Positions 47,660 through 56,780 of a stretch of 64,000 nt of DNA are shown one piece after another. Origin of the DNA: a virus (lineage: Duplodnaviria > Caudoviricetes). Each line of letters begins with the position of its first letter. Position 1 is the first letter of the stretch. The notes beneath the pieces are model-generated. The model ran no database searches. It saw only the letters and a program-made list of their open reading frames with translations, and was not told the origin of the DNA. The stretch lies in IMG/VR virus record IMGVR_UViG_3300021185_002017. One strand, given 5' to 3'. The translations under genes and the position numbers were made by a program.

Positions 47660-48448
47660 TTAGTTTCTAACGTGAATATTGGAAATAGTACTATTGGCAT
47701 CGTCCGGGTAACTTATAACTCTTACCCAGTTGCAATTGACAGAAAATGATTTATGTAGGATATCAGTGGTACCAGAAATGGCTACATTACTTACTACATC
47801 AAACCAATCTGAATGTGCATCGTCGGCATCGGGTGTTGTATGCAAACAACTTGCTTGTATTTTTATATTTCCTGTATAGGTTGAATGATACACTGCTACA
47901 CTGTGTTGGGCATTTTGGAAGTTACTATCCAAGTTACCAAAGAACGCACTCGAAACAAAAACATTGTTTGTTGGTTCTAACATTGTAGTATTAAACTGTG
48001 TAGGGATTGGTTCGAGAACTGCTTGTTCAGATATTTCAATATCTAATGCAACATCATTATTTTGATTTGAATACATTGGTAAGTCTACACCGTTCTCGTT
48101 TGTTCTAGTAATATACATTCTATATAGACCTGGGTTAATATTTTGTAAATCGCCTTCTGTGAGATGTAACTTTACCATTCCTGTGTCGCTAGTAACTTCG
48201 ATTCTTTTAGTGAGTAGTCTAGTTCTAGATGCTGGATTCACAATGTATGCAACAACATCATCTGTGAATACAGGTTGTAGTTTTCTATCGCGGTTTCTAA
48301 TATTAAAGTTGATTGTATTAGTTAACCCTTTGTGTGCTATTAGTGATTTATTGTTCATTGGTTTGTTATCCACATGTAAGTTGTCGGCCTCAATTACGAG
48401 ATCTACTGAATTCTCGTACAAATATAGTCTGTTATTGGCATGATTCAT
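47660..48448 (-). CDS. Putative virion/baseplate protein
   Basis: Beta-rich; late box at 48473-48480. Confidence 0.6.
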   Translation of the reverse strand: MNHANNRLYLYENSVDLVIEADNLHVDNKPMNNKSLIAHKGLTNTINFNIRNRDRKLQPVFTDDVVAYIVNPASRTRLLTKRIEVTSDTGMVKLHLTEGDLQNINPGLYRMYITRTNENGVDLPMYSNQNNDVALDIEISEQAVLEPIPTQFNTTMLEPTNNVFVSSAFFGNLDSNFQNAQHSVAVYHSTYTGNIKIQASCLHTTPDADDAHSDWFDVVSNVAISGTTDILHKSFSVNCNWVRVISYPDDANSTISNIHVRN

Positions 48449-48502
48449 ATAATATATACCTTTCTATTACAGTATTTATCTATTACTAAGGTAAATATCG
48501 TT

Positions 48503-48874
48503 ATGCAAGAAATTGATCAAGAGCGGTTTCCGTTCATTACTGGAATTACCTATGCTAGTTCCGAGTATTACGGGATAGTAGTTAATTATGATAACACTAT
48601 ACTAACAATGTACGACCTAGCAAAAATGCCAGACTTGGAAACTAGAACTTCGTTTGTTACCATGGGTGAAACTTGGTGGTGGGAATCTAATCGACTATTA
48701 CCAATTGATGTGTTTTTGCATCACGAAATGAAACCTTACCAAAAATACTTAACCACAATGGTTATGAAAGATGTAGACCATATGTTTGGTCCAATGACTA
48801 CCTTACAGAATATGTTAAAGAAGCGTATTAAGAGGAGAGGTATTCAGTTACAAAATGTTAGGCGAACAGACTAA
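48503..48874 (+). CDS. Conserved hypothetical protein (plus strand)
   Basis: MQEIDQERFPFIT...GETWWWESNRLLPI; divergent GGTAAATA box at 48490-48497. Confidence 0.75.
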   Translation: MQEIDQERFPFITGITYASSEYYGIVVNYDNTILTMYDLAKMPDLETRTSFVTMGETWWWESNRLLPIDVFLHHEMKPYQKYLTTMVMKDVDHMFGPMTTLQNMLKKRIKRRGIQLQNVRRTD

Positions 48875-49440
48875 CCTTCACAAATTCTATTTAACTGTAC
48901 CACAATCGCTGTAGCAAATGCAATAGCATGAGCCTTCTTGAAATAGTATTCACCGGACTCAGGTTTTACCCAAACAGTTTTCTCTATCTCTTCAAAAGAT
49001 TTGCCTTGTAAATGTTTTTTACCTGGACGAATAATAGCAAGTATCATTGCTAGTTCTTCAACACTAGTAGGTTTGTATTCTTGCAATACATTTAAATAAT
49101 TGTTTACATGGTACAACTGAGATACTACTTCGTTGTGTAGCAAAAGTTCCCACAGTGGTTCAGTGTTAAGCAGTTTGTTTAAGTGTGCTTCGTCTTTGAT
49201 ATTTGCATACACACTGTTATTAAGATAGTCAACTTTGAACCAACCCTCTTCTTCTGCTTGTTTGTGATCTATTGTGCTGTATCCTTCTAATGGAAACTTA
49301 GGAATGTTCTGAAAGTAGACACCAGTATTGTGTTTGGTAAACTTACCATCCTTCTCAATACTTGCGGGTGTATGCTTGATAAGGTCGAGAAAGTTATCTC
49401 GATTAGCCATATCAATATCTACATCAAAATTAATCTTCAC
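48871..49440 (-). CDS. Miniature DNA polymerase III alpha (DnaE)-like catalytic core
   Basis: DVDID, KHNTGVY, FKVDYLN, LAIIRPG, YFKKAHA. Confidence 0.8.
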   Translation of the reverse strand: MKINFDVDIDMANRDNFLDLIKHTPASIEKDGKFTKHNTGVYFQNIPKFPLEGYSTIDHKQAEEEGWFKVDYLNNSVYANIKDEAHLNKLLNTEPLWELLLHNEVVSQLYHVNNYLNVLQEYKPTSVEELAMILAIIRPGKKHLQGKSFEEIEKTVWVKPESGEYYFKKAHAIAFATAIVVQLNRICEG

Positions 49441-49681
49441 TGAACAATAAACTCCACTTCATTAGTTTTTCTTTTTTAACTTTTATTCTATCTGCTATTT
49501 GTTTATCACTTACGAGGCCACCATCACGCAAAATTTCGATCATACACATAACATCACCAATTTCTTCTTGTAACTGTTTTGTGTCACATGGCTCGTCAAA
49601 ACGAATCATCTTACTACATGCTTGAATTAGTTCTCCACATTCTTCCATTGTGATTACTAGCATTTCTTCTCTTTTCTTCAT
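49430..49681 (-). CDS. MazG-like NTP pyrophosphohydrolase
   Basis: MEECGELIQ...EEIGDV. Confidence 0.8.
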   Translation of the reverse strand: MKKREEMLVITMEECGELIQACSKMIRFDEPCDTKQLQEEIGDVMCMIEILRDGGLVSDKQIADRIKVKKEKLMKWSLLFSED

Positions 49682-49682
49682 A

Positions 49683-51356
49683 TTATTTTCCATACCAAAT
49701 ATTAATATAACCTGACTTATTTTCAAATGCTGTACCATCATTTATCCATTCTGGTAAGTTAGGAACCTGTGTACCTGTGTGGTACTGTATTAGGTCTGTG
49801 ATACCATCGCCATTTAAGTCTCCAAGTACACCTTCAGGTGTTGATACAATACAGTTGTTATCTGCATCGCAGATATCTTGCTGTGGTAAAGGTGGCAGTT
49901 GATTTCGTTGATGAAATACCAAGTTACCTTCTTTGTCATTGATGTAAATATAAGGTTCACCTTCTTGATCGTAACCACCTGATGACCAATAGTCCATGTA
50001 ACCATCGCCATTTAAATCAACAGTTTGCTTATGCACACCGGCACCAGTAATAAACTTTTCTGGGAATGGATTATCTTGCATTACAAGTTCGTTGCCTTCC
50101 ATAGCAAAAAGTACTCTAATTGTGCCGCCTTCGAGTTGTGTGTTACAGTCGTACTCAGCATTCTCATTGTATTGCTCGCCGTTAGCAAGACGCTGTACAG
50201 CCGCAAACGCCAACAGCATTGGTTCACTATCTGGTGTTGGCCACCAAAGTTCAAAGTGATCCCATGCAAGTCCACCAAAGTAATATTCGCCGTCTACTGC
50301 TACAATTTCGTTACGAGCACACCAAGTTGATACTTGTGGGTCTCCCCATTCGAGACATCCTAATTCATCACATGTATCGTACACTAATGTTTCATTTACA
50401 ATACCCTGTGTTATGTCGTATATAGCAAATCCTTCTCCACCTGAACCAATAGCATAGTTAGAAGTTACAGATCTTACTTCACCAAAAGGTCTGTGATCGT
50501 TAGTATCAAATGTTTGTAAATATGCCCACTGTGCCATTTTGTATTTGTCATCATCTGCTTCGTACTCAGCACTAACATCACGCCACTTTTGGCCTTCATT
50601 ACGATATGCTAAAGGAGTATTTCCTGTAGTAAAGTCACTATCCCAATAACCAAACAATATATCCCAATTGTAATTCATATTAGGTAAAGCGGCAACGCCT
50701 TGTGCCCAAATAGGTTCTTCACCAAGTTCTTTTAGATTGTATACATTGTTGAAATCTGCTGTAAACACACCCTGCATTGAATTATGATTACTAAAGTCTT
50801 CAGCTCGTTGTCTTTGAAAATCATCTCTTGAAACAATATATGTAATATGAGGCAAGCCAATACCACTGTTAGTATCTTCTAGCATTGTAAAAAACCCTGC
50901 AATGCCTCCTTTGTCTCCACCAATTTGTACATGATTTTGACCAAAAACTTCAATGTTGTTTACATTGTACGAACCGTACCCGTCACTCAAAAGTGCTAAC
51001 ATTGTGTTTGGTGACGGATCATCGTGTACAACATCAGGGCCTTGATTGGGGTGGTCTAAGTGTCCACACATCACAAACATTATTATATCTTTGTAGTTGT
51101 CGTTATTGATATCTACTAACATTGTTTGCTGTATTCGTGATAATGTGCAAGTAGGTATATCTAACTCGCTTACTGCATCAAGGATTGATACATCTGGTGC
51201 ATTATTGTATCGCACATCGAAAGAAGGCGTACTCGGAGGTGGTGTAGTCGAGGGTGGTGGAGGTGTTTGTACTGCTGGAGCAGCAGAGCTGCCCCCGCCG
51301 CCACCGCAGCCTATTAGTAATAGTGTACAAAGTACTGCCGGTATATTCATTCGCAT
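49683..51356 (-). CDS. Lipoprotein with FG-GAP/VCBS-like repeats
   Basis: Signal plus lipobox LLIG-C, Gly/Pro linker, DINNDNYKDI, DLNGDGYMD, GDLNGDGITDL. Confidence 0.8.
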   Translation of the reverse strand: MRMNIPAVLCTLLLIGCGGGGGSSAAPAVQTPPPPSTTPPPSTPSFDVRYNNAPDVSILDAVSELDIPTCTLSRIQQTMLVDINNDNYKDIIMFVMCGHLDHPNQGPDVVHDDPSPNTMLALLSDGYGSYNVNNIEVFGQNHVQIGGDKGGIAGFFTMLEDTNSGIGLPHITYIVSRDDFQRQRAEDFSNHNSMQGVFTADFNNVYNLKELGEEPIWAQGVAALPNMNYNWDILFGYWDSDFTTGNTPLAYRNEGQKWRDVSAEYEADDDKYKMAQWAYLQTFDTNDHRPFGEVRSVTSNYAIGSGGEGFAIYDITQGIVNETLVYDTCDELGCLEWGDPQVSTWCARNEIVAVDGEYYFGGLAWDHFELWWPTPDSEPMLLAFAAVQRLANGEQYNENAEYDCNTQLEGGTIRVLFAMEGNELVMQDNPFPEKFITGAGVHKQTVDLNGDGYMDYWSSGGYDQEGEPYIYINDKEGNLVFHQRNQLPPLPQQDICDADNNCIVSTPEGVLGDLNGDGITDLIQYHTGTQVPNLPEWINDGTAFENKSGYINIWYGK

Positions 51357-51393
51357 AATAATAGTCCTACCTATAATTTAAAATACAGTAGTT

Positions 51394-51453
51394 ATTATAG
51401 CAGAATTTATGTTAAAGTCAAGTGAATATACGACAGTTAAATCAACGACTTAC
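51394..51453 (-). promoter_or_regulatory. Sigma70-type promoter with upstream 15-bp motif
   Basis: GTAAGTCGTTGATTT-17-TTGACT-16-TATAAT. Confidence 0.7.
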
Positions 51454-52124
51454 AGTGTTTTGTGCTTGAATTCTTCAGCCATAGGGAAGATTTTAGTAAT
51501 AGCATCCGCTACTGCCCATGCTAATTCCATATGTTCTAATTGTGTGCCGTTGTCGCCACGCAATTCAATGTAGTGAATCCAACTACGCAATGTACCATTA
51601 ACATACAAACGGCTCACAGTATTGCCTTCTGGTAGTACTGCTCTTGCTTGTTCTTTAGCAATACCATTTTCTATAGCCCAATTGTATAGCTCGGTTGTTT
51701 GCCTAATATGCTTCATTTGTTTCATACGCCAGTCTTCGTTGATTCTGCGTTGGCTTTCGTCACTGGTATCAATTGCAATACTGTTTTGGCGATTCTTTGT
51801 GTCTTGCAGTCTTGCTTCTCGTGGAATCATTTCTAATTCCTTAACAGGGTCTGCATATCGTTGACTAAACTCTTGGAAACTAAAACTCCTATGGCGTAAT
51901 AGTTGTCGTGCAATGTCTCTGGTTGTTTCAATCTCAAGACACACTGATACCATTTCAAGTGGCGACCAGTGTTTATGTTTCATTAGATACTTAACAAGTC
52001 CTGTTGCTGTTTCTTTATTATTTTGATTATCTGGATTACTTACTCTCGCACAATAGGCTACTAAGTCTAATGCTGATTCGTTGTAATCTGGTGCTTGGCT
52101 ATAACTAATTAGTTTTGCTTTCAT
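51450..52124 (-). CDS. thyX: Flavin-dependent thymidylate synthase
   Basis: HWSPLE, RQLLRHRSFSFQEFSQRY, ARAVLP, LRSW.HY. Confidence 0.95.
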   Translation of the reverse strand: MKAKLISYSQAPDYNESALDLVAYCARVSNPDNQNNKETATGLVKYLMKHKHWSPLEMVSVCLEIETTRDIARQLLRHRSFSFQEFSQRYADPVKELEMIPREARLQDTKNRQNSIAIDTSDESQRRINEDWRMKQMKHIRQTTELYNWAIENGIAKEQARAVLPEGNTVSRLYVNGTLRSWIHYIELRGDNGTQLEHMELAWAVADAITKIFPMAEEFKHKTL

Positions 52125-52137
52125 TTCTTTCCTTTGG

Positions 52138-52848
52138 TTAGATTCCTGCCGCCCGGCAAGTTTGTTGTATCTCTTTTACTTCTTCTCTATTTTTCTTAAA
52201 CAGTTGCATCCAAAATGGAGCATCAATAATATGCTCAATCATTTTTACTTGCTCATCGTTAAGTCGTGTTAACAACTTATCTCCTGTGTTAGACAAATAT
52301 AACAACCACGGTGATATTTTTGCACTTCGAATATCATACACTGCTCTATTAGGACTTACTTCTGTAAAGTATGTTTGCCATACTAAATTATTTTCATCTG
52401 CCCATTTAGAGAGATACATTATGTTTCTTTCTAATGCTCTCATACCACTTTCTTTTTTTACATACTCTAATAAGTATTCGTCATACAAGGCATCACTTGC
52501 CCAATCCTTTAACTTTTTGCTATTCTTAATTAACCATTCGGCAAACTTTTCTGGTTCTAAATATTCGTTGCGTACACAACTGCGACCAAACTTAACAAAG
52601 CCTTCATAGTATTGACTGTTAATAAAATCATCTATGCTTTTAGATTTACTTGCACTAGTATTCATTTCATAAAACATTTGATATACTCGATAACCAAGTC
52701 TTACATGCGTCATATCTTTGTCAGCATTTCGACGCTTCTTAACACACATATGAACACTAAGAGTTCTTTCACTCTTAAAGTTCTTCCCACACCATTTACA
52801 AGTGTTATTTTCCGAAGATGTCTTTAATTGTTTTGTCGTCGTATCCAT
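52138..52848 (-). CDS. Zn-finger-containing hypothetical protein
   Basis: CKWC...HMC near the N-terminus; start uncertain (52848 or 52860). Confidence 0.65.
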   Translation of the reverse strand: MDTTTKQLKTSSENNTCKWCGKNFKSERTLSVHMCVKKRRNADKDMTHVRLGYRVYQMFYEMNTSASKSKSIDDFINSQYYEGFVKFGRSCVRNEYLEPEKFAEWLIKNSKKLKDWASDALYDEYLLEYVKKESGMRALERNIMYLSKWADENNLVWQTYFTEVSPNRAVYDIRSAKISPWLLYLSNTGDKLLTRLNDEQVKMIEHIIDAPFWMQLFKKNREEVKEIQQTCRAAGI

Positions 52849-53275
52849 GGGACCTTGCATATTCTTTTAGTTCATCTTTAGAGTTTATCTGCTTTAGTAA
52901 GTCTACTTCTTCACCTTTCATATGAGGGAAGATACTGTAGATAAACTCGCTTACTTTATCTTTTTTCTTTTTAGCATTAGGTGGCTTTAGGTACGGATGG
53001 AATTGTACTTTACCAACACCACATGCACTTAGTAACAACCATTGCAATTCTGGGTGCTTACTAACTTCGCTATAATCTCTATTAACAAGTTCGTTGGTCA
53101 TATAGATGTAGTGAGCGGCATCCTTGCCTTGTACACTACTTGCGTAACGCATCATCATCCATGAACTAAATGCTTTCTTTTGTTCTGGTGTTAAGTTATT
53201 GTAGTACTTCCTATCACGCTTGTCAAGTGCGGCCATAATATCCTTTAACGGTATTGCTGGTGCCTTCTTAGCCAT
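52805..53275 (-). CDS. Clamp-loader small subunit-like (T4 gp62-like)
   Basis: WMMMRYASS...ELVN...KHPELQWLLL...QFHPYL; replication context. Confidence 0.55.
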   Translation of the reverse strand: MAKKAPAIPLKDIMAALDKRDRKYYNNLTPEQKKAFSSWMMMRYASSVQGKDAAHYIYMTNELVNRDYSEVSKHPELQWLLLSACGVGKVQFHPYLKPPNAKKKKDKVSEFIYSIFPHMKGEEVDLLKQINSKDELKEYARSHGYDDKTIKDIFGK

Positions 53276-53798
53276 TAGTGTTTTCCTTGTATATTTTTAT
53301 GTAATGCTCTTCGCCTTTGGCAACATTTTCTATCCATGTAGTGTCAGCAGAATCGTCTGCACTATCGCTTACATACTTGTAGCACTTAAAGTCTACTTTT
53401 CTATCAGTACATGCTTTAGCAATTGCAAATGCTTCCATGTCAACAACATGGGCAGGATATTCTAAGTCTGGATCTGTAACAAAGTTATCGCCTGTGCTAC
53501 ATGTATATCCAACTCCTAACGAAATAGTAATAGGGTCTTTTGGTAAAAATAATTCAATTGCTTCTGGGCACTTGCCTTTGTCTCGCTCAACAAAATTTAC
53601 CATTTCGTGACATCCAGATTCTAACTTAATTCCACCTGCTGTACCAAAGTTCCAAACAGTTTGTGGGTTATGTTTTTCAATAAGTCTTGCCGCTGTTAAT
53701 GCCGCATTAATTTTACCAACGCCTGTAAAGAAAACATTATCCCACTTAGCCATAGTGGGTGCTTCACTTTCAAGTGCAATTAATATTAGATCTTTCAT
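53268..53798 (-). CDS. MTA/SAH nucleosidase-like (PNP/UDP family)
   Basis: TGVGKINAA, NFGTAGG, STGDNFV, VDMEAFAIA, KYVSD; ATGA-coupled to apt. Confidence 0.8.
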   Translation of the reverse strand: MKDLILIALESEAPTMAKWDNVFFTGVGKINAALTAARLIEKHNPQTVWNFGTAGGIKLESGCHEMVNFVERDKGKCPEAIELFLPKDPITISLGVGYTCSTGDNFVTDPDLEYPAHVVDMEAFAIAKACTDRKVDFKCYKYVSDSADDSADTTWIENVAKGEEHYIKIYKENTNG

Positions 53799-54325
53799 TC
53801 GTTTATATCCATGACGCTGAATGTTTCCACTCCGCAATAGTCCTTTAGTTTAGCAGTTCCTTCTAAGAAAGTCAAGTCTATTATGCAGGCATAATTTATA
53901 TCATACCCTCCTGCTTGTTTAATTAGTTCTACCATAGCATTAGCAGTTCCACCTGTAGCACTAACATCATCTACGATGCATATTCTATCAGTATATGCAA
54001 ACTCAACACTGTCTAGCATTTCTAAAGTTTCTTCACCATACTCTAATGTATATGAATACGACTTTACTTTGCCTGGCAATTTACCTGGCTTACGAACAAT
54101 GTGTAAAGGGATACCTAGTGCTAGTGCAACAGGAGCACCCCATATAAAGCCACGAGCATCGGGTGCAACAATCTGTGTTGCTTTGATACTTCTGCAATAT
54201 GCAACGACCTTATCTACAGTGTACTTAAATGCTTTTGGGTCTTCGAGTATGCTTGATATATCTTTGAACATGACTCCCTCTATTGGGAAGTCAGGTACAG
54301 TACGGAGTATTTTATTGAGATCCAT
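53795..54325 (-). CDS. apt: Adenine phosphoribosyltransferase
   Basis: PDFPIEGVMFKDIS, ARGF, RKPGKLP, YTLEYG, IVDDVSATGGT. Confidence 0.95.
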   Translation of the reverse strand: MDLNKILRTVPDFPIEGVMFKDISSILEDPKAFKYTVDKVVAYCRSIKATQIVAPDARGFIWGAPVALALGIPLHIVRKPGKLPGKVKSYSYTLEYGEETLEMLDSVEFAYTDRICIVDDVSATGGTANAMVELIKQAGGYDINYACIIDLTFLEGTAKLKDYCGVETFSVMDINE

Positions 54326-55418
54326 ATAAGTCTAACTGCTCCCATGGTAAATCTTCTTTTCCAAAATGCCCATAGTTTGTGGTAGTAGTTAGATCTAAAT
54401 TGAATAAATCAAATCTATCAATTATTCCCTTTGGTGTTAAGTCAACAAGTTCTTGTAATTCTGCAACTAAGTCAGGCCTGACCTCGCCGTCAGCATAAAC
54501 ATACAAACTAGTTGGTTCAACTACACCAATAGCATAACTTAGTTGTACAGTACAGTTGTCTGCTTTGCCTGATGCTACAATGTTCTTTGCCAAATAGCGA
54601 GCCATATATGCTGCTGATCTGTCGACCTTAGTGCAGTCCTTACCTGAAAAAGCACCGCCCCCATGTGGAGCATAGCCGCCATAAGTATCAACAATAATTT
54701 TTCGTCCAGTAAGTCCTGTATCTCCATCTGGTCCTCCAATAACAAATCTACCCGTTGGGTTGATTAAAAATTCAGTTTCTGATAAATTAAACACACCGTC
54801 TAACTCATCGATAATGATTTGCTCAATTCTGTCACGAACAGTTTGTATACTTACATCATCGCTATGCTGAGTACTGCAAACAATCTTGCTAATACCTACA
54901 GGTTGATTAATGCTATCGTAATCCATTGTAACTTGACTTTTACTATCAGGTCCAATCCATTCTTCGCCGTTGCGTCTTTCTTTTGCAAGTCTGCGTAGAA
55001 TTTTATGACTATAGTAAATAGCACTTGGCATATACTCAGGTGTTTCTTTACATGCATAGCCAAACATAAGTCCTTGGTCACCTGCACCAAACTCATCAGT
55101 ACCTAATGCAATATCTGCACTTTGTCCGTGTAGTTTGTTTACTACTGTTAGGTTAGCCCAATGGAAACCTTCTTGTTCGTATCCAATATTCTTAACTACT
55201 TGTCTAACTATAGATTCTACAGTTTCATCATCGATAGGCATGTCTCTTTTGTATTCGCCAGCAACAACAACACTATTAGTTGTTACAAGTGTTTCTACTG
55301 CCGCTCTATGATTAATATTACCGTTGATTATTGCATTAGCAATACTATCTGAAATTAAGTCAGATATTTTGTCTGGGTGTCCTTCGCTAACGCTCTCGCT
55401 AGTAAATTGATAAGACAT
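54312..55418 (-). CDS. metK: S-adenosylmethionine synthetase
   Basis: FTSESVSEGHPDK, GAGDQG, GGPDGDTGLTGRKIIVDTYGG, KVDRSAAY; AAGGAG SD sets the start at 55418. Confidence 0.97.
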   Translation of the reverse strand: MSYQFTSESVSEGHPDKISDLISDSIANAIINGNINHRAAVETLVTTNSVVVAGEYKRDMPIDDETVESIVRQVVKNIGYEQEGFHWANLTVVNKLHGQSADIALGTDEFGAGDQGLMFGYACKETPEYMPSAIYYSHKILRRLAKERRNGEEWIGPDSKSQVTMDYDSINQPVGISKIVCSTQHSDDVSIQTVRDRIEQIIIDELDGVFNLSETEFLINPTGRFVIGGPDGDTGLTGRKIIVDTYGGYAPHGGGAFSGKDCTKVDRSAAYMARYLAKNIVASGKADNCTVQLSYAIGVVEPTSLYVYADGEVRPDLVAELQELVDLTPKGIIDRFDLFNLDLTTTTNYGHFGKEDLPWEQLDLYGSQ

Positions 55419-55491
55419 ATATTCTATCTCCTTTTTAATTTTATGTACCTTGTATTTACAGTTTCTGCGAACTGTATACACGGTTTACTGG

Positions 55492-56286
55492 TTACTCTCT
55501 ATCTTCGTACCAATCGTCAAACATTTCTTTAACATATTCAGTTTCTTCCATATCATAACTGACATATTTTTCTGATACATCATGCCATTTAGTGTTAACA
55601 AAACCAACACCAGCATAATAACCTTTGCCCATTGAATCCGAATAATCATAGTCAACTTGTAAAGGTTTACGGTCATACCAATATGACTCAATAAACTCGC
55701 CCATATCAGATTCAAGTTGTCCTGTTTGAAGTAACTCTGGGTCAAAGTCTTCGCCATCAGTTTCAACATACACTTCACCAAATGTACCTTTTTCTGAACT
55801 TAAGAAAAACAATGTTGGTTGATAGTCTTCTTCATTTTCAGAATCAATTTCGTCACTGCTATAACATTCTCTACTATAGATACAAGCCTCGTAGGAATAA
55901 TAATTGCTGTCATCTAATTCTTCAAACATCATTGTACTGTAGTCGTGATCTACATCTTCCTTCCACTGTATCAATCCATCTTCATAAATTGCATCTTCAT
56001 GTAATGTGATTTCAGTAACTTCAAACTCATTGTCAGCGAATGGACTATTAATGTGTTCTAGATCATCGTTCTCATTCCAACAATAAAAATCTTCCAATTT
56101 AGGTGACGCTGAATCCATCATGTCTTCGTCGTCCCACTCAATGCCTTGTAGATGCTCGATTAAATCTCCATCGCCATCTTCTGCAACTTTTGGCTTCCAG
56201 TAGTCAACAAACTCTTTGCTAACTCCGCCAACTGCTAATTCACCGCCATAACGACCGGTGTTAATTCTAAAATATCTTTTGCTCAT
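55492..56286 (-). CDS. Acidic hypothetical protein
   Basis: 264-aa Asp/Glu-rich ORF. Confidence 0.7.
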   Translation of the reverse strand: MSKRYFRINTGRYGGELAVGGVSKEFVDYWKPKVAEDGDGDLIEHLQGIEWDDEDMMDSASPKLEDFYCWNENDDLEHINSPFADNEFEVTEITLHEDAIYEDGLIQWKEDVDHDYSTMMFEELDDSNYYSYEACIYSRECYSSDEIDSENEEDYQPTLFFLSSEKGTFGEVYVETDGEDFDPELLQTGQLESDMGEFIESYWYDRKPLQVDYDYSDSMGKGYYAGVGFVNTKWHDVSEKYVSYDMEETEYVKEMFDDWYEDRE

Positions 56287-56780
56287 AATAATTCTCCAAA
56301 GTCTATATCTTTCACTTTGTTTGCTTCTTTAACAAACATAGCACATTTAGGTTCCTTTTTATCTTCCAAAGGAATTACCAATATATGGCCGTTTTTTAGT
56401 CTTGGGAAATACCATTTAACATCTTGGTATACATTGGTAATCTGTATTTCTTCATTGTCCGGAATGCCATTACGCATTGGGTTGAAGACTGGTGTAACAA
56501 AGCCTCTATTGTTTAGGCTTGCTAATGGAATAACTTCTAAACTACCGAAATCTTCATCGCTAGTTAGAATACTCCAATCCATAGGCATTTGTAATTGAAA
56601 CTCGCCTATCTGTAAACATATCGCTGGAGCATGAAAACTCTCTAAGAATATGAGTGGTAAGAAATAGTAGTCTTTGTAATCTGGTTCGCTAGTATCGAAC
56701 ACACAATATCTTAAATCATCTATTTCGTCTGGTACTGTATCTAGTTCGTATACTGCATTTTCAACTGTTAATATTTTCAT
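56283..56780 (-). CDS. Conserved hypothetical protein next to UvsW
   Basis: ATGA-coupled to the helicase. Confidence 0.7.
   Translation of the reverse strand: MKILTVENAVYELDTVPDEIDDLRYCVFDTSEPDYKDYYFLPLIFLESFHAPAICLQIGEFQLQMPMDWSILTSDEDFGSLEVIPLASLNNRGFVTPVFNPMRNGIPDNEEIQITNVYQDVKWYFPRLKNGHILVIPLEDKKEPKCAMFVKEANKVKDIDFGELL

Noticed and set aside
54312-55481. Extended ORF-track starts (metK 55481, nrdB 19986, 37655, 49741, 60978, 53837, 48440)
   Set aside because: Downstream ATGs have SD motifs or ATGA coupling and match the expected N-termini.
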